Positions 1 to 10,381 of a stretch of 47,748 bases of DNA are shown here, in pieces. The notes beneath the pieces are model-generated. The model did no database searches. It was not told where the DNA came from and was given only the letters and a program-made list of their open reading frames with translations. Every line of letters begins with the position of its first letter. The first letter of the stretch is position 1. Source of the DNA: Candidatus Zapsychrus exili (GTDB lineage: Bacteria; Omnitrophota; Gorgyraeia; Zapsychrales; Zapsychraceae); contig JAVCCJ010000023.1 in the NCBI GenBank assembly GCA_030765585.1, positions 1 to 47,748 on the forward strand, in the 5' to 3' direction. The translations under genes and the position numbers were made by a program.

Positions 1-65
1 CTTACAGCCTCTGTGCCCATTGGAGTTTCTTTTAATCTTGGAATAAAATATTTTGACCATTTCAT
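1..65 (-). CDS. proS: Prolyl-tRNA synthetase, 5' fragment (runs off the window edge; not in the ORF track)
   Basis: Manual translation from the ATG at 65 gives MKWSKYFIPRLKETPMGTEAV, matching the bacterial ProRS N-terminus. An AGAGG RBS lies upstream, and proS typically follows dxr-rseP. Confidence 0.85.
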   Translation of the reverse strand, partial: MKWSKYFIPRLKETPMGTEAV

Positions 66-87
66 AAATTTGTCCTCTAGTTCCTAA

Positions 88-144
88 ATCCCTGCCCGTA
101 AAGAGACGTGGTCCCAACGGGACTTTACGTGCCTTCGCAGGGAT
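88..144. repeat. GC-rich nested inverted-repeat element (REP-like or structured RNA)
   Basis: ATCCCTGC (88-95) pairs with GCAGGGAT (137-144), CGTAAAG (97-103) with CTTTACG (123-129), and GTCCC (111-115) with GGGAC (119-123). Confidence 0.7.
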
Positions 145-197
145 AAATTCAAACCCATAAGTTATGTCGTCAAAACTTCCATAGCTTATATCCTCAT

Positions 198-1463
198 TTA
201 CCTGTTAAAAAATCCTTCTGGAAGACGAATTCTTCTTTTATCAAGTTTGCTTACAAAAGAAGGAGCTCTTTTATTTTTCTCCCACTCCCCTATAATCTCG
301 CCTTCTTTTGTTACTTGTTTAGGTTTAAATTCAAATATATTGTTCCAATAAATTCTATTCTTTTCTTCGTCATAATACGAATCTGAAACAGATGTAACTC
401 TTCTTTTTCCGTCCATAAAAAGCTCAACATGAACTATCAAATCGATTGCACGAACAACTTGTTTTTGAATCTCTGCAGTGCTTAGACGAATTCCTGTCAT
501 AAGCATCATTGTTACCATTCTGTTATAGCAATCTTCTGGGCTTTCAGCGTGAACAATAGCCAAAGATCCACTGTGACCACTACTAATAGATTGAATAAGG
601 TCAAGAATTTCCTCGCTACGAACCTCTCCAACAATAATTCTATCTGGACGCATACGTAAAGAATTTATAAAAAGATCTTTCATTGTTATCTCGCCTTTTC
701 CTTCTATATTTGGCGGCTTAGTAACAAGTGTTACAACATGCTCCTGCATCAATCTAAGCTCAGGAGTATCTTCTATTGTAATAATACGCTCTTGCTCTGG
801 TATATGTTTTGATAAAACATTAAGTATTGTCGTTTTTCCAGATCCAGTAGAACCGCAAAAAACAACATTAAGCTTCGCTTCCATAGCTGCAATAAGAAGC
901 GTTGATATGTCTTTATCAAACATGTTTAAATCCAGAAGATCACCAACAGACGTAATATCTCTCTTAAATTTTCTTATGGTCATAACAGGTCCAATATGTG
1001 AACAGGGTGGAATGATAACATTAACTCTTGAACCATCTGTCAGAGAGAAATCAACATAAGGAGAAGACTCGTCTACTCTCTTATTCGTTCCACTGCTTGC
1101 TAAAACCTTCTGAATAGTATGCAATAATTGTCTATCATCGCCAAATTTAACATCTGTTAATTCAATATGACCATGTTTTTGAGCATAAATTTTATCAGCA
1201 CCATTAATCATTATCTCTGTTATACTTTCATCTTCCATCAAAGGTCTCAAAGGTCCCAAGCTCAAAACAGCACTAACCATTGTTCTTATAAGAATACTGC
1301 GCTGTTCGACAGATAGAACTATCTGCTCTCTTCCGCAAAGAACATTAAGGGCATTGTCTACAAAACCAAGAAGCTCTTCTTCATTCATCGTATCTTTAAC
1401 TTTAAGAAAATCTGTGTCTCTTATTAAAAATCGATTAACTCTATCTCTGATGTTTTCTTCCAT
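198..1463 (-). CDS. cpaF: CpaF/TadA-family pilus assembly ATPase
   Basis: ITEIMING, RVDESSPYVD, Walker A GSTGSGKT, TIEDTPEL, LRMRPDRIIVGEVR (Walker B) and the SGH..H box are all present. Confidence 0.9.
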   Translation of the reverse strand: MEENIRDRVNRFLIRDTDFLKVKDTMNEEELLGFVDNALNVLCGREQIVLSVEQRSILIRTMVSAVLSLGPLRPLMEDESITEIMINGADKIYAQKHGHIELTDVKFGDDRQLLHTIQKVLASSGTNKRVDESSPYVDFSLTDGSRVNVIIPPCSHIGPVMTIRKFKRDITSVGDLLDLNMFDKDISTLLIAAMEAKLNVVFCGSTGSGKTTILNVLSKHIPEQERIITIEDTPELRLMQEHVVTLVTKPPNIEGKGEITMKDLFINSLRMRPDRIIVGEVRSEEILDLIQSISSGHSGSLAIVHAESPEDCYNRMVTMMLMTGIRLSTAEIQKQVVRAIDLIVHVELFMDGKRRVTSVSDSYYDEEKNRIYWNNIFEFKPKQVTKEGEIIGEWEKNKRAPSFVSKLDKRRIRLPEGFFNR

Positions 1464-1490
1464 TTTCTAAAACCTCTCTTATAAAAAATG

Positions 1491-2594
1491 TTAAGGTAAC
1501 AATTGTTTAATTTTATCAAAAACTCCAAGTTTTGAGAAATCACTATAAAAAACAAACAATGCTAAACAAATGATAAGCCAAAAACCTGCCTGAGCAATAA
1601 ACTCATCTATCTTAACCGACAAAGCTTTGCCCCTTATTTTCTCAATACCTATTAAAAATAAATGTCCGCCATCTAAAGGCACAACAGGAAGCAGATTAAA
1701 AATCGCTAAACTAGCACTAATAACTCCCAATATAAAAAGCAAGTGGGTTATTCCCATTTCTGCCGCTGCCTTGACTATCAAAAATATACCAACAGGACCC
1801 GTCATAGACTCTTTCGCAGACATTGACCCTGTAATCATATAATAAAGCGATTTGTAAGTCATGGTCACTATTTCATACAATTTCTCATAGGCTTTTACAA
1901 AGGACTCGCCTATTCCGTATTTCAAAAGAATTATATCCTCTGTTGGACTAATTCCTATTATTCTAACTATTTTTTGCTGTCCAAAAATATTCTTAATATT
2001 TTCTTTCTTAAGATTTATTGTCTTTTCAATTATTTTATCTTCTCTTATTAACTTAATCTCAATGGTATCTCTTTTAGAAGATGTTACTTTCTTTTGCAAA
2101 ACTGCCCAATTATCAACGCTATCTCCTTGTACCTCTAATATTTTATCACCAATTTCTATACCAGCTGTCTGTGCGGGATATCCATCTAAAAGCTTCCCTA
2201 CATTTGTAGATAACTCTGGATAACCAAACATAAAAACAACTACAAAACATACATATGCTAAAACAAAATTTACCATAGATCCGTTTAATACAACTAATGC
2301 TCTGTGTCCGCAAGACTTAGAATAAAATTCATCCGGTTCGCCCTTGCACTCCGTTCTCTCGTCGCCTGCCATCTTTACATATCCACCCAAAGGAATAAGA
2401 CAAAGCAGATATTCTGTTCCTTGATGTATCTTTGATAATAATTTACGACCAAAACCTAAAGAAAATTTCTCTACTTTTATTCCAACAAGTTTTGCCGTAA
2501 TAAAATGTCCCCACTCATGCACTACGATTAGAACGCTCAAAACAACAACAAATACTCCAACGCTTTTAATATTTGCTATAATCTCTGCAATCAT
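1491..2594 (-). CDS. rseP: RIP metalloprotease RseP (M50 family, PDZ domain)
   Basis: HEWGH zinc motif, FSLGFG, IPLGGYVKM, NLLPVVPLDGGH; located downstream of dxr. Confidence 0.95.
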   Translation of the reverse strand: MIAEIIANIKSVGVFVVVLSVLIVVHEWGHFITAKLVGIKVEKFSLGFGRKLLSKIHQGTEYLLCLIPLGGYVKMAGDERTECKGEPDEFYSKSCGHRALVVLNGSMVNFVLAYVCFVVVFMFGYPELSTNVGKLLDGYPAQTAGIEIGDKILEVQGDSVDNWAVLQKKVTSSKRDTIEIKLIREDKIIEKTINLKKENIKNIFGQQKIVRIIGISPTEDIILLKYGIGESFVKAYEKLYEIVTMTYKSLYYMITGSMSAKESMTGPVGIFLIVKAAAEMGITHLLFILGVISASLAIFNLLPVVPLDGGHLFLIGIEKIRGKALSVKIDEFIAQAGFWLIICLALFVFYSDFSKLGVFDKIKQLLP

Positions 2595-2619
2595 AATTAT
2601 TTAAATAACCTTCCTGTTC

Positions 2620-3774
2620 TTAACCATATATAATTTTTTTTGTTTGTTCGCGAGCCCAAACATCAGCATCTAATATTTGCTTTAAATTTGGCGTCTCTAT
2701 ACTTTTGTGCTTTCCTATAACCTTTTCAACTATCTTAGCTATAGAAGAAAACAAAAGCTTTCCCTTCAAAAATGCATCAACCGCCTCTTCGTCTGAAGCA
2801 TTTAATACGCTTGGAAATGTTCCCTCTTTTTTTGCAACTAAAAGAGCTAGCTTAAGGCAAGGAAACTTGTTAAAATTAGGCTCTTTAAATGTAAAAGATT
2901 TCAACTTAAAAAAATCAACACTACTTAAAGAAGATGGTAAACGATTAGGATACGTTAAAGCATACTGTATTGGTATACGCATATCAGTTACACCTAACTG
3001 CGCAATAATTGAACCATCAACAAATTCAACCATAGAGTGCATTATTGCTTCTGGATGAATTACTACTTGTATTTCTTCTAACCTTAAATCAAACAAACGC
3101 TTAGCTTCAATAACTTCAAACCCTTTGTTCATAAGCGTTGCAGAATCAACCGTTATCTTTTTTCCCATCTTCCATCTTGGATGTTTCAATATCTTTTCAA
3201 CAGACAAGCTATCAAACTCACTTTTAGGAGTATTTAAAAGAGCTCCTCCTGAAGCTGTCAAATGTACTTTCTTAAGCTCAGATCTATTGTGTCCATTTAA
3301 GCATTGAAATATAGCGCTCTGCTCGCTATCAACTGGTATAATGGTCGCATTATATTTCTTTGCCTCTTTCATTATGATATCTCCAGCAATCACTAGAGCT
3401 TCCTTGTTTGCAGGAGCTACCACTTTTCCACTTCTTACCGCGCTCAAAAAAGGATTTAGAGCAACGCTTCCACTCATTCCAATAATAACAATATCAGCTT
3501 CTTTTAAACTAGCTAGATATTCCAAATCGCTTTCAGCACTTAAAACTTTTGTCTTCTTTAAATTAACTAATCCTTTAAAATACTTAACGCCTTTTTCATT
3601 CACCGCTACATACTTAGGATTAAATTCATTTACTTGGCTTTCTAAAAGTTTAGAATTATTATATGCCGACAAACCAATAACTTTAAATCTGTCTTTAAAG
3701 TGCTTAATTACCTTTAAGGCATTTACTCCAATTGAGCCGGTTGATCCGAGAATAACAATATTTTTTTGTTTCAT
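2620..3774 (-). CDS. dxr: 1-deoxy-D-xylulose-5-phosphate reductoisomerase
   Basis: LGSTGSIG, ANKE, PVDSEQSA, LTASGG, HPRWKMGKKITVDSATLMNKG. Confidence 0.97.
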   Translation of the reverse strand: MKQKNIVILGSTGSIGVNALKVIKHFKDRFKVIGLSAYNNSKLLESQVNEFNPKYVAVNEKGVKYFKGLVNLKKTKVLSAESDLEYLASLKEADIVIIGMSGSVALNPFLSAVRSGKVVAPANKEALVIAGDIIMKEAKKYNATIIPVDSEQSAIFQCLNGHNRSELKKVHLTASGGALLNTPKSEFDSLSVEKILKHPRWKMGKKITVDSATLMNKGFEVIEAKRLFDLRLEEIQVVIHPEAIMHSMVEFVDGSIIAQLGVTDMRIPIQYALTYPNRLPSSLSSVDFFKLKSFTFKEPNFNKFPCLKLALLVAKKEGTFPSVLNASDEEAVDAFLKGKLLFSSIAKIVEKVIGKHKSIETPNLKQILDADVWAREQTKKIIYG

Positions 3775-3775
3775 A

Positions 3776-4603
3776 TTAAAAAGTTTTTAAAACCGAACTT
3801 ATAAAGAAGTAAAAAGCCGGAGCTGCAAATAAAAGGCTATCAATTGCATCCAAAACGCCTCCTAAGGCAGGAAGCATTTTCCCTGAATCCTTTACGTTAA
3901 AATCTCTTTTAATTAGAGATTCTGATAAATCTCCTAATTGACCAAGAAGCCCTAAACCAGCGCCTATTAATGCTACTTGCCATACAGTAAAATTCAATTG
4001 TGCAGGTATTAATGAATATCCTAATACAGCCACTAACATACTCGCAGCAAAGCTTCCGATGCTACCTTCTATTGTTTTGTTTGGACTAACTCTTGGCAGC
4101 AGAGGATGTTTTCCTATCCAGCTACCAATAAATAATGCCCCCATATCGCCAGATTTTGTTACAAGTAAAACAAATGCTACAAGCTTTTCTCCCGCCCACG
4201 GAACATCTGGTACTAAATATCTAATCTTAATTAAGAAACTAAAAAACCAAGAAACATATAAAATTCCAAAAAGAGTCGTAGATATCCCTACTATCGCATT
4301 ATGATTATCTTTTCTTGAAAACTGCATCATAAATATCGCTATAAGAACCATCAATATAAAAAGAAGCTCCCACCCCTTCGTTGTTTCAAACTGAAAGAAT
4401 ATTGAAAGAGGTATTACAGCTCCGATTGCAATTCCTGTATAACTATATATTGGAATGCCTTTTTTGTGAGTCAAATAAAAAAACTCATATAAACCGCCCA
4501 CAGTTAATGCGAGAAGTACAAAAATGAAAATCCATTTGTTTAAAATAGCCAAAACAGATAATGCTATCATTATTGTTGAGCTTATAAATCTATCTTTACT
4601 CAT
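3776..4603 (-). CDS. cdsA: Phosphatidate cytidylyltransferase
   Basis: Multi-TM protein with SPNKTIEG, GDLSESLIKR..VKDSG..LP..GG.LD; uppS-cdsA-dxr synteny. Confidence 0.95.
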   Translation of the reverse strand: MSKDRFISSTIMIALSVLAILNKWIFIFVLLALTVGGLYEFFYLTHKKGIPIYSYTGIAIGAVIPLSIFFQFETTKGWELLFILMVLIAIFMMQFSRKDNHNAIVGISTTLFGILYVSWFFSFLIKIRYLVPDVPWAGEKLVAFVLLVTKSGDMGALFIGSWIGKHPLLPRVSPNKTIEGSIGSFAASMLVAVLGYSLIPAQLNFTVWQVALIGAGLGLLGQLGDLSESLIKRDFNVKDSGKMLPALGGVLDAIDSLLFAAPAFYFFISSVLKTF

Positions 4604-5334
4604 GTTAATTCCTTTTTTGCTTTTATGTCTCCGAAACGTCTTTCGCGAGACTGATATTCAATAATTGCTTTTTTAAATTCTTGCTCATTAAAATCAGGCC
4701 AATGTTTATCAGTAAAATAAAATTCACTGTACGACAATTGCCACAAAAGAAAATTACTGATTCTTTTCTCGCCTGATGTTCGAATAAGTAAATCTGGGTC
4801 TGGCAAATCTTTTGTATATAAAGCCTGGCTTATTATACTTTCAGAAATATCCTCTATATTTAATTCATCACTCTTAACAAGCTTTGATATCTTTTTAACT
4901 GCATCAATTATTTCTCTTCGCGAACCATAGTTAAAGGCAAGGTTTAAGACCATGCCTGTATTATCTTTTGTTTTATCTATAGCTCCGTTTAATACCTTGC
5001 TTACCGACTCTGGAACATTTTCGGAGCACCCAATTACGCTAAACTTTATATTGTTTTCGAGTAACTTATCTATTCTCTTGCTGAGAACATTTATTATCGT
5101 ATCCATAAGCATTGATACCTCAAACTCTGGTCTACTCCAATTCTCAGTAGAAAATGTAAATAAAGTTAAGGCTTTAATGCCAAGTGAATTTGCAGTTTCA
5201 ATAGCTTCTTCTACGCGTTTAACGCCTTCTATATGTCCTTGCGTCCTAATAAGACCTTTAGCGCGAGCCCATCTGCCATTTCCATCCATTATAATTGCTA
5301 CATGGTTTGGAATGTTATCAGTGTTTATATCCAT
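4600..5334 (-). CDS. uppS: Undecaprenyl diphosphate synthase (cis-isoprenyltransferase)
   Basis: PNHVAIIMDGNGRWA, FSTENWSRP, DPDLLIRTSGEKRISNFLLWQ. Confidence 0.97.
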   Translation of the reverse strand: MDINTDNIPNHVAIIMDGNGRWARAKGLIRTQGHIEGVKRVEEAIETANSLGIKALTLFTFSTENWSRPEFEVSMLMDTIINVLSKRIDKLLENNIKFSVIGCSENVPESVSKVLNGAIDKTKDNTGMVLNLAFNYGSRREIIDAVKKISKLVKSDELNIEDISESIISQALYTKDLPDPDLLIRTSGEKRISNFLLWQLSYSEFYFTDKHWPDFNEQEFKKAIIEYQSRERRFGDIKAKKELT

Positions 5335-5348
5335 AATTTTCTTTTTAT

Positions 5349-5378
5349 AAATAAAATGGGGGACCTACTAATCCCCCA
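5349..5378 (-). terminator. Rho-independent terminator
   Basis: Minus strand reads TGGGGGA-ttagtagg-TCCCCCA followed by TTTTATTT, downstream of the 5415-6435 gene pair. Confidence 0.7.
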
Positions 5379-5414
5379 GACAAATACTATGACATGAAGT
5401 GACAAAAAAATCTT

Positions 5415-5807
5415 TTAAGGCATCTTTGCACCGTCTTTTAAAGTGTCAGAAACATTACCTTCTACGCTATCATCCATTATTGATTCTAAGTCCTGAAGTT
5501 TGGATTCTAAGCTCTCTTTTGCCTTAGAGACTCTTTCCAGATGAAGCTTTAAATCTTCATTAAAAGCTTTTGTCTGTTCAGCAACTCTTTCCAATCTTTC
5601 GACCTTGCTCTTCATAGAAGTGATCTCTGACTTTAAAGAAACTACTTCTTCTTCCGTTTCTTGCAACATTTGTTCTGCATTCATTCTCAAATATCGCTCT
5701 TGCTCTAATCCCTTATTAGAACTTGAAGCTTTTTGATTAAAATGAAAAGCCAAAACAAAACTTGCAATAATCAAAATAATTATAAAAACCGTTGAAACAA
5801 TTTTCAT
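5415..5807 (-). CDS. Hypothetical protein with N-terminal membrane anchor and coiled coil
   Basis: Hydrophobic residues 3-22 followed by a long E/K/Q/L-rich heptad-like helix. Confidence 0.75.
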   Translation of the reverse strand: MKIVSTVFIIILIIASFVLAFHFNQKASSSNKGLEQERYLRMNAEQMLQETEEEVVSLKSEITSMKSKVERLERVAEQTKAFNEDLKLHLERVSKAKESLESKLQDLESIMDDSVEGNVSDTLKDGAKMP

Positions 5808-5826
5808 ATCAATATATCAATCGCCT

Positions 5827-6435
5827 TTAGCGACCTTTCTTGTCTACAGGAGGAAGGATAACTATCTCAACACGACGATTGCGTTGTCTTCCTTGTTCTG
5901 CACTATTTTGTGCAACTGGTCTAAACTCTCCATATCCAGTAGCAGATAATCTTTTAGCAAGCACTTTTCTTTCATCAGATAAATAATGAAGAACGCTTAA
6001 TGCACGAGCTGTAGATAATTCCCAATTTGATTTCCAACTTGAATGCTTAATAGGAACATTGTCTGTATGACCTTCTATTCCAACATTTAAATCTTTTACA
6101 GTAGTATTTAATACTTGTGCAACCTTGTCTAAGGTAGTTAAATATCCTTCTTTTAAGCTTGCTTTTCCTGAATCAAACAAAACCTCAGCAACAAACGTAA
6201 TAACGAGACCTTTTGCCAACATTTCTACCTTAACTTGACTGTCTCCAATTTCTTTCTTCAAACGTTTTTCTAGCTCTATTTTTGCTTTTTCTATATTACT
6301 CAATTCACTTTTTAGTTTAGAAATTTTCTCAACATCAACTCGTCTGCCTTTTTGGAATATTACAGTACAACCACTTGTAATAAAGCTTATCATAATAATT
6401 AGTATTAATAAGAAAACTGTTGATCTTTTATGCAT
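5827..6435 (-). CDS. OmpA/MotB-family peptidoglycan-binding lipoprotein
   Basis: Lipobox-like TSG-C, a short coiled coil, VLFDSGKA, IEGHTDN, SNWELSTARA, RNRRVEI; AAGGAGG RBS. Confidence 0.88.
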   Translation of the reverse strand: MHKRSTVFLLILIIMISFITSGCTVIFQKGRRVDVEKISKLKSELSNIEKAKIELEKRLKKEIGDSQVKVEMLAKGLVITFVAEVLFDSGKASLKEGYLTTLDKVAQVLNTTVKDLNVGIEGHTDNVPIKHSSWKSNWELSTARALSVLHYLSDERKVLAKRLSATGYGEFRPVAQNSAEQGRQRNRRVEIVILPPVDKKGR

Positions 6436-6537
6436 GCTATTTTCCTCCTTTTAAAGAAAAAACCTTTTAGAGTATATATAATAAATAATTTCTTTTATTA
6501 ATAAACCTATTCTAGGGGACTGCGATATCAGTATCAC

Positions 6538-6566
6538 ACATTATCATATGGAAAATTTAAAGTCAA
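6538..6566 (-). promoter_or_regulatory. Sigma70-type promoter for the OmpA/MotB gene pair
   Basis: TTGACT, 17-nt spacer ending TGA, then TAATGT (extended -10) on the minus strand. Confidence 0.55.
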
Positions 6567-6607
6567 GAATTTTATACCAACTGTAATAGCTTCAACAAGA
6601 TACGTCT

Positions 6608-7897
<1,290 letters not shown>

Positions 7898-7938
7898 TTA
7901 AATTGATTTTTATAGGATAATGTTTTATGTATTATATA

Positions 7939-8715
7939 TTACAAAAAAGAATAGATAAGCCCTATTCCAATAGATAATAATATAGCTGAAGATATAATTT
8001 TAGCAAGAGAACCCTGCTCTGTAAAAATAACTTTGGCTTTTTTTATAGTAAAAACCGCAATAATAGCTAGCCACACAAAAATAAACGGCAAAACAAAAGA
8101 AACTCCATATATAAAAATAGCTAAAGAATGCGATGTTGAACTATCTTTTTGATTCAATAAATTTACAAAAAGAGTGTAATCCTGCGCCAATACAGACTGA
8201 ACTATAGTAACTATAAATCCGAATAATGCCGAAATAATTGCCGAAAACAAAATTCCAATAAAAAATCTTAATTTTGAAGTAGGTTTCTTTCTCAAGTCAT
8301 CTTGAGATCTTAAAAATATAGGTAACTTAAGCAAAAATTTACGGGAGTCTCTATTGTTCTTATAGCGTATCCAATCGTAAAAATTTAAAATACCTAAAAT
8401 TAAAAAGATAGCGCCTATCGTCGTATAAAATATGCTTATCGCTTTAAGTGAACTTGCGCTAGAAAGAAAGAAATCAAAAGCACCTATAACTAAAAGATAG
8501 TTTGCGACTAAAGATGCTACTATAAAACATACCCCTGAAATAATTACCTTAATTAAACTACCACTAAAATCGAAAAGAATCATCACAAATAATAAAATAT
8601 TTGCTAATGAGCAAGGGTTAAATCCATCGGAAAACCCTAAACAAAATGTTGGCCAGAGAGTAAAACATCTCTCTGGCCAACACTCTGTTTTATTTTTATT
8701 AATATAATCTAACAT
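7939..8715 (-). CDS. CcdA/DsbD transmembrane-domain-like membrane protein (degenerate)
   Basis: About six hydrophobic segments and a DGFNPC motif; the second conserved Cys is not evident. Confidence 0.6.
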   Translation of the reverse strand: MLDYINKNKTECWPERCFTLWPTFCLGFSDGFNPCSLANILLFVMILFDFSGSLIKVIISGVCFIVASLVANYLLVIGAFDFFLSSASSLKAISIFYTTIGAIFLILGILNFYDWIRYKNNRDSRKFLLKLPIFLRSQDDLRKKPTSKLRFFIGILFSAIISALFGFIVTIVQSVLAQDYTLFVNLLNQKDSSTSHSLAIFIYGVSFVLPFIFVWLAIIAVFTIKKAKVIFTEQGSLAKIISSAILLSIGIGLIYSFL

Positions 8716-8725
8716 TAATAATATT

Positions 8726-10309
8726 TTATACTTTTAGAAACTTAACAAAAAGTATATCTTCTGTTTCCTTTAATTTATCAAGTGTCTTTTCTGAAACCTC
8801 ACTGTCCACATTAACAACACTTATAGCAAGGCCTCCCTTTTCTTCACGACCAAAAGTTATAGCCGCAATGTTTATGTTCTCTTCTGCTAATATCGTTCCA
8901 ACAGCTCCAACGATACCTGGCTTATCATTATTATTAATAAGCAACATATCTCCATCAGGAATAGCTTCTACATAAACATTATTTATTTTAACAATACGTG
9001 GTTGATTATTTCCTGACAAAGTTCCCCAAACAACAAAAGGATCTTTGTCCATATTGACCTCTAATTTTATACAATTTACAAATTCTTCTTCTTTGCTTGA
9101 TTGAATTTCCTGAACATTAATTGCACGCTCTTTTGCTAGATCAAGGGCATTTACAGAATTAATTGTCTCACCCAATATTGGCTTTAAAAGCCCATTAACC
9201 AAAGCAAGAGCAACAGGTGCGGTTTTATATTCAGTAACTTCTCCACTATAAGTAATTTTTATCTCTTGAACTCTTCCATTTATTAATTGTCCGCTGAAAC
9301 TTCCCATCTTAAAAGCTAAATCAATATAAGGTCCTAATACTTTCTGAGCCTCAGCACTGACAGACGGAAAATTAGCCGCATTAACAATTCCTTTGCCTAA
9401 CAAAGCATCACGAATTGCTTCTGCAATCTCAACTGCCACATTTATTTGAGCCTCAGTAGTAGAAGCTCCTAAATGCGGAGTTGCAACACAATTATCAAAC
9501 TTAAAAATAGGAGCATCAAAGTCTGGTGGTTCTTGCTCGTAAACATCAACCGCACAACCGGCAATCTTTTTCTCTTCTAAGGCCTTAACTAATGCCTTTT
9601 CATTAACAACTCCTCCTCGAGCACAGTTAATAACACGAGCTGTATTCTTCATCATATCAAACTCTTTATCTGATATGAGACCAACAGTCTCTGCACTTTT
9701 AGGTATATGAACTGATATATAATCAGACTCTTTTAATAAAGTTTCTAGTTCGACCATTTCAACGCCTTTACTTGCTGCGGCTTCCATAGAAAGATATGGA
9801 TCATATGCAAGCACCTTCATGCCGAATGCTTTAGCAAATCCAGCCACAGTTGAACCTATACGACCTAGACCAATAATTCCTATAGTTTTTCCGTAAAGCT
9901 CAACTCCACCAAATTTAGATCTTTCCCACTTTCCTCCTTTTAATGAAGCACATGCTTGAGGAATATTGCGAGATAGAGCTAAAATAAGGCTCCAAGTTTG
10001 TTCTGCTGTTGCCGTTGTGTTTCCTGCGGGCGTATTCATAGCAACAATGCCTTTTTTAGTAGCAGTTTTTAAATCGACATTGTCTAGTCCAACTCCTGCG
10101 CGTCCAATAAACTTCAAATTGTCCGCAACTTCAAGGATATCACCTTTCAGCTTGGTTGCACTTCTTATGATGATAGCATCATAATTCTTAATAACTGATT
10201 TCAGTTCCTCTGGACTCATGCCTATTTTGACATCAACCTTGAACTCCTTAACCGCTTTTAGAATTTCGACCCCTTCATTTGCTAATTTGTCACTTACTAA
10301 AATCTTCAT
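8726..10309 (-). CDS. serA: D-3-phosphoglycerate dehydrogenase (long form with ASB and ACT domains)
   Basis: GRAGVGLDNVD, GLGRIG, INCARGG, TPHLGAST.EAQ, C-terminal NNDKPG ACT domain. Confidence 0.96.
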   Translation of the reverse strand: MKILVSDKLANEGVEILKAVKEFKVDVKIGMSPEELKSVIKNYDAIIIRSATKLKGDILEVADNLKFIGRAGVGLDNVDLKTATKKGIVAMNTPAGNTTATAEQTWSLILALSRNIPQACASLKGGKWERSKFGGVELYGKTIGIIGLGRIGSTVAGFAKAFGMKVLAYDPYLSMEAAASKGVEMVELETLLKESDYISVHIPKSAETVGLISDKEFDMMKNTARVINCARGGVVNEKALVKALEEKKIAGCAVDVYEQEPPDFDAPIFKFDNCVATPHLGASTTEAQINVAVEIAEAIRDALLGKGIVNAANFPSVSAEAQKVLGPYIDLAFKMGSFSGQLINGRVQEIKITYSGEVTEYKTAPVALALVNGLLKPILGETINSVNALDLAKERAINVQEIQSSKEEEFVNCIKLEVNMDKDPFVVWGTLSGNNQPRIVKINNVYVEAIPDGDMLLINNNDKPGIVGAVGTILAEENINIAAITFGREEKGGLAISVVNVDSEVSEKTLDKLKETEDILFVKFLKV

Positions 10310-10381
10310 GCTTGTTTCCCTTCTTTACTGATCAATCCCCTGAGAGAGATAGTACCAGGTGCTACTTTAACTAATTTGATT

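Noticed and set aside
66..197. T-box leader for proS
   Set aside because: No T-box consensus (GGTGG.ACCGCG), no terminator U-tract, and too little room for stem I.
10335..10350. CTCTCAGG on the minus strand upstream of serA, resembling the glycine riboswitch 3' motif
   Set aside because: The upstream GGAGA and CCGAAG elements of the aptamer are absent.
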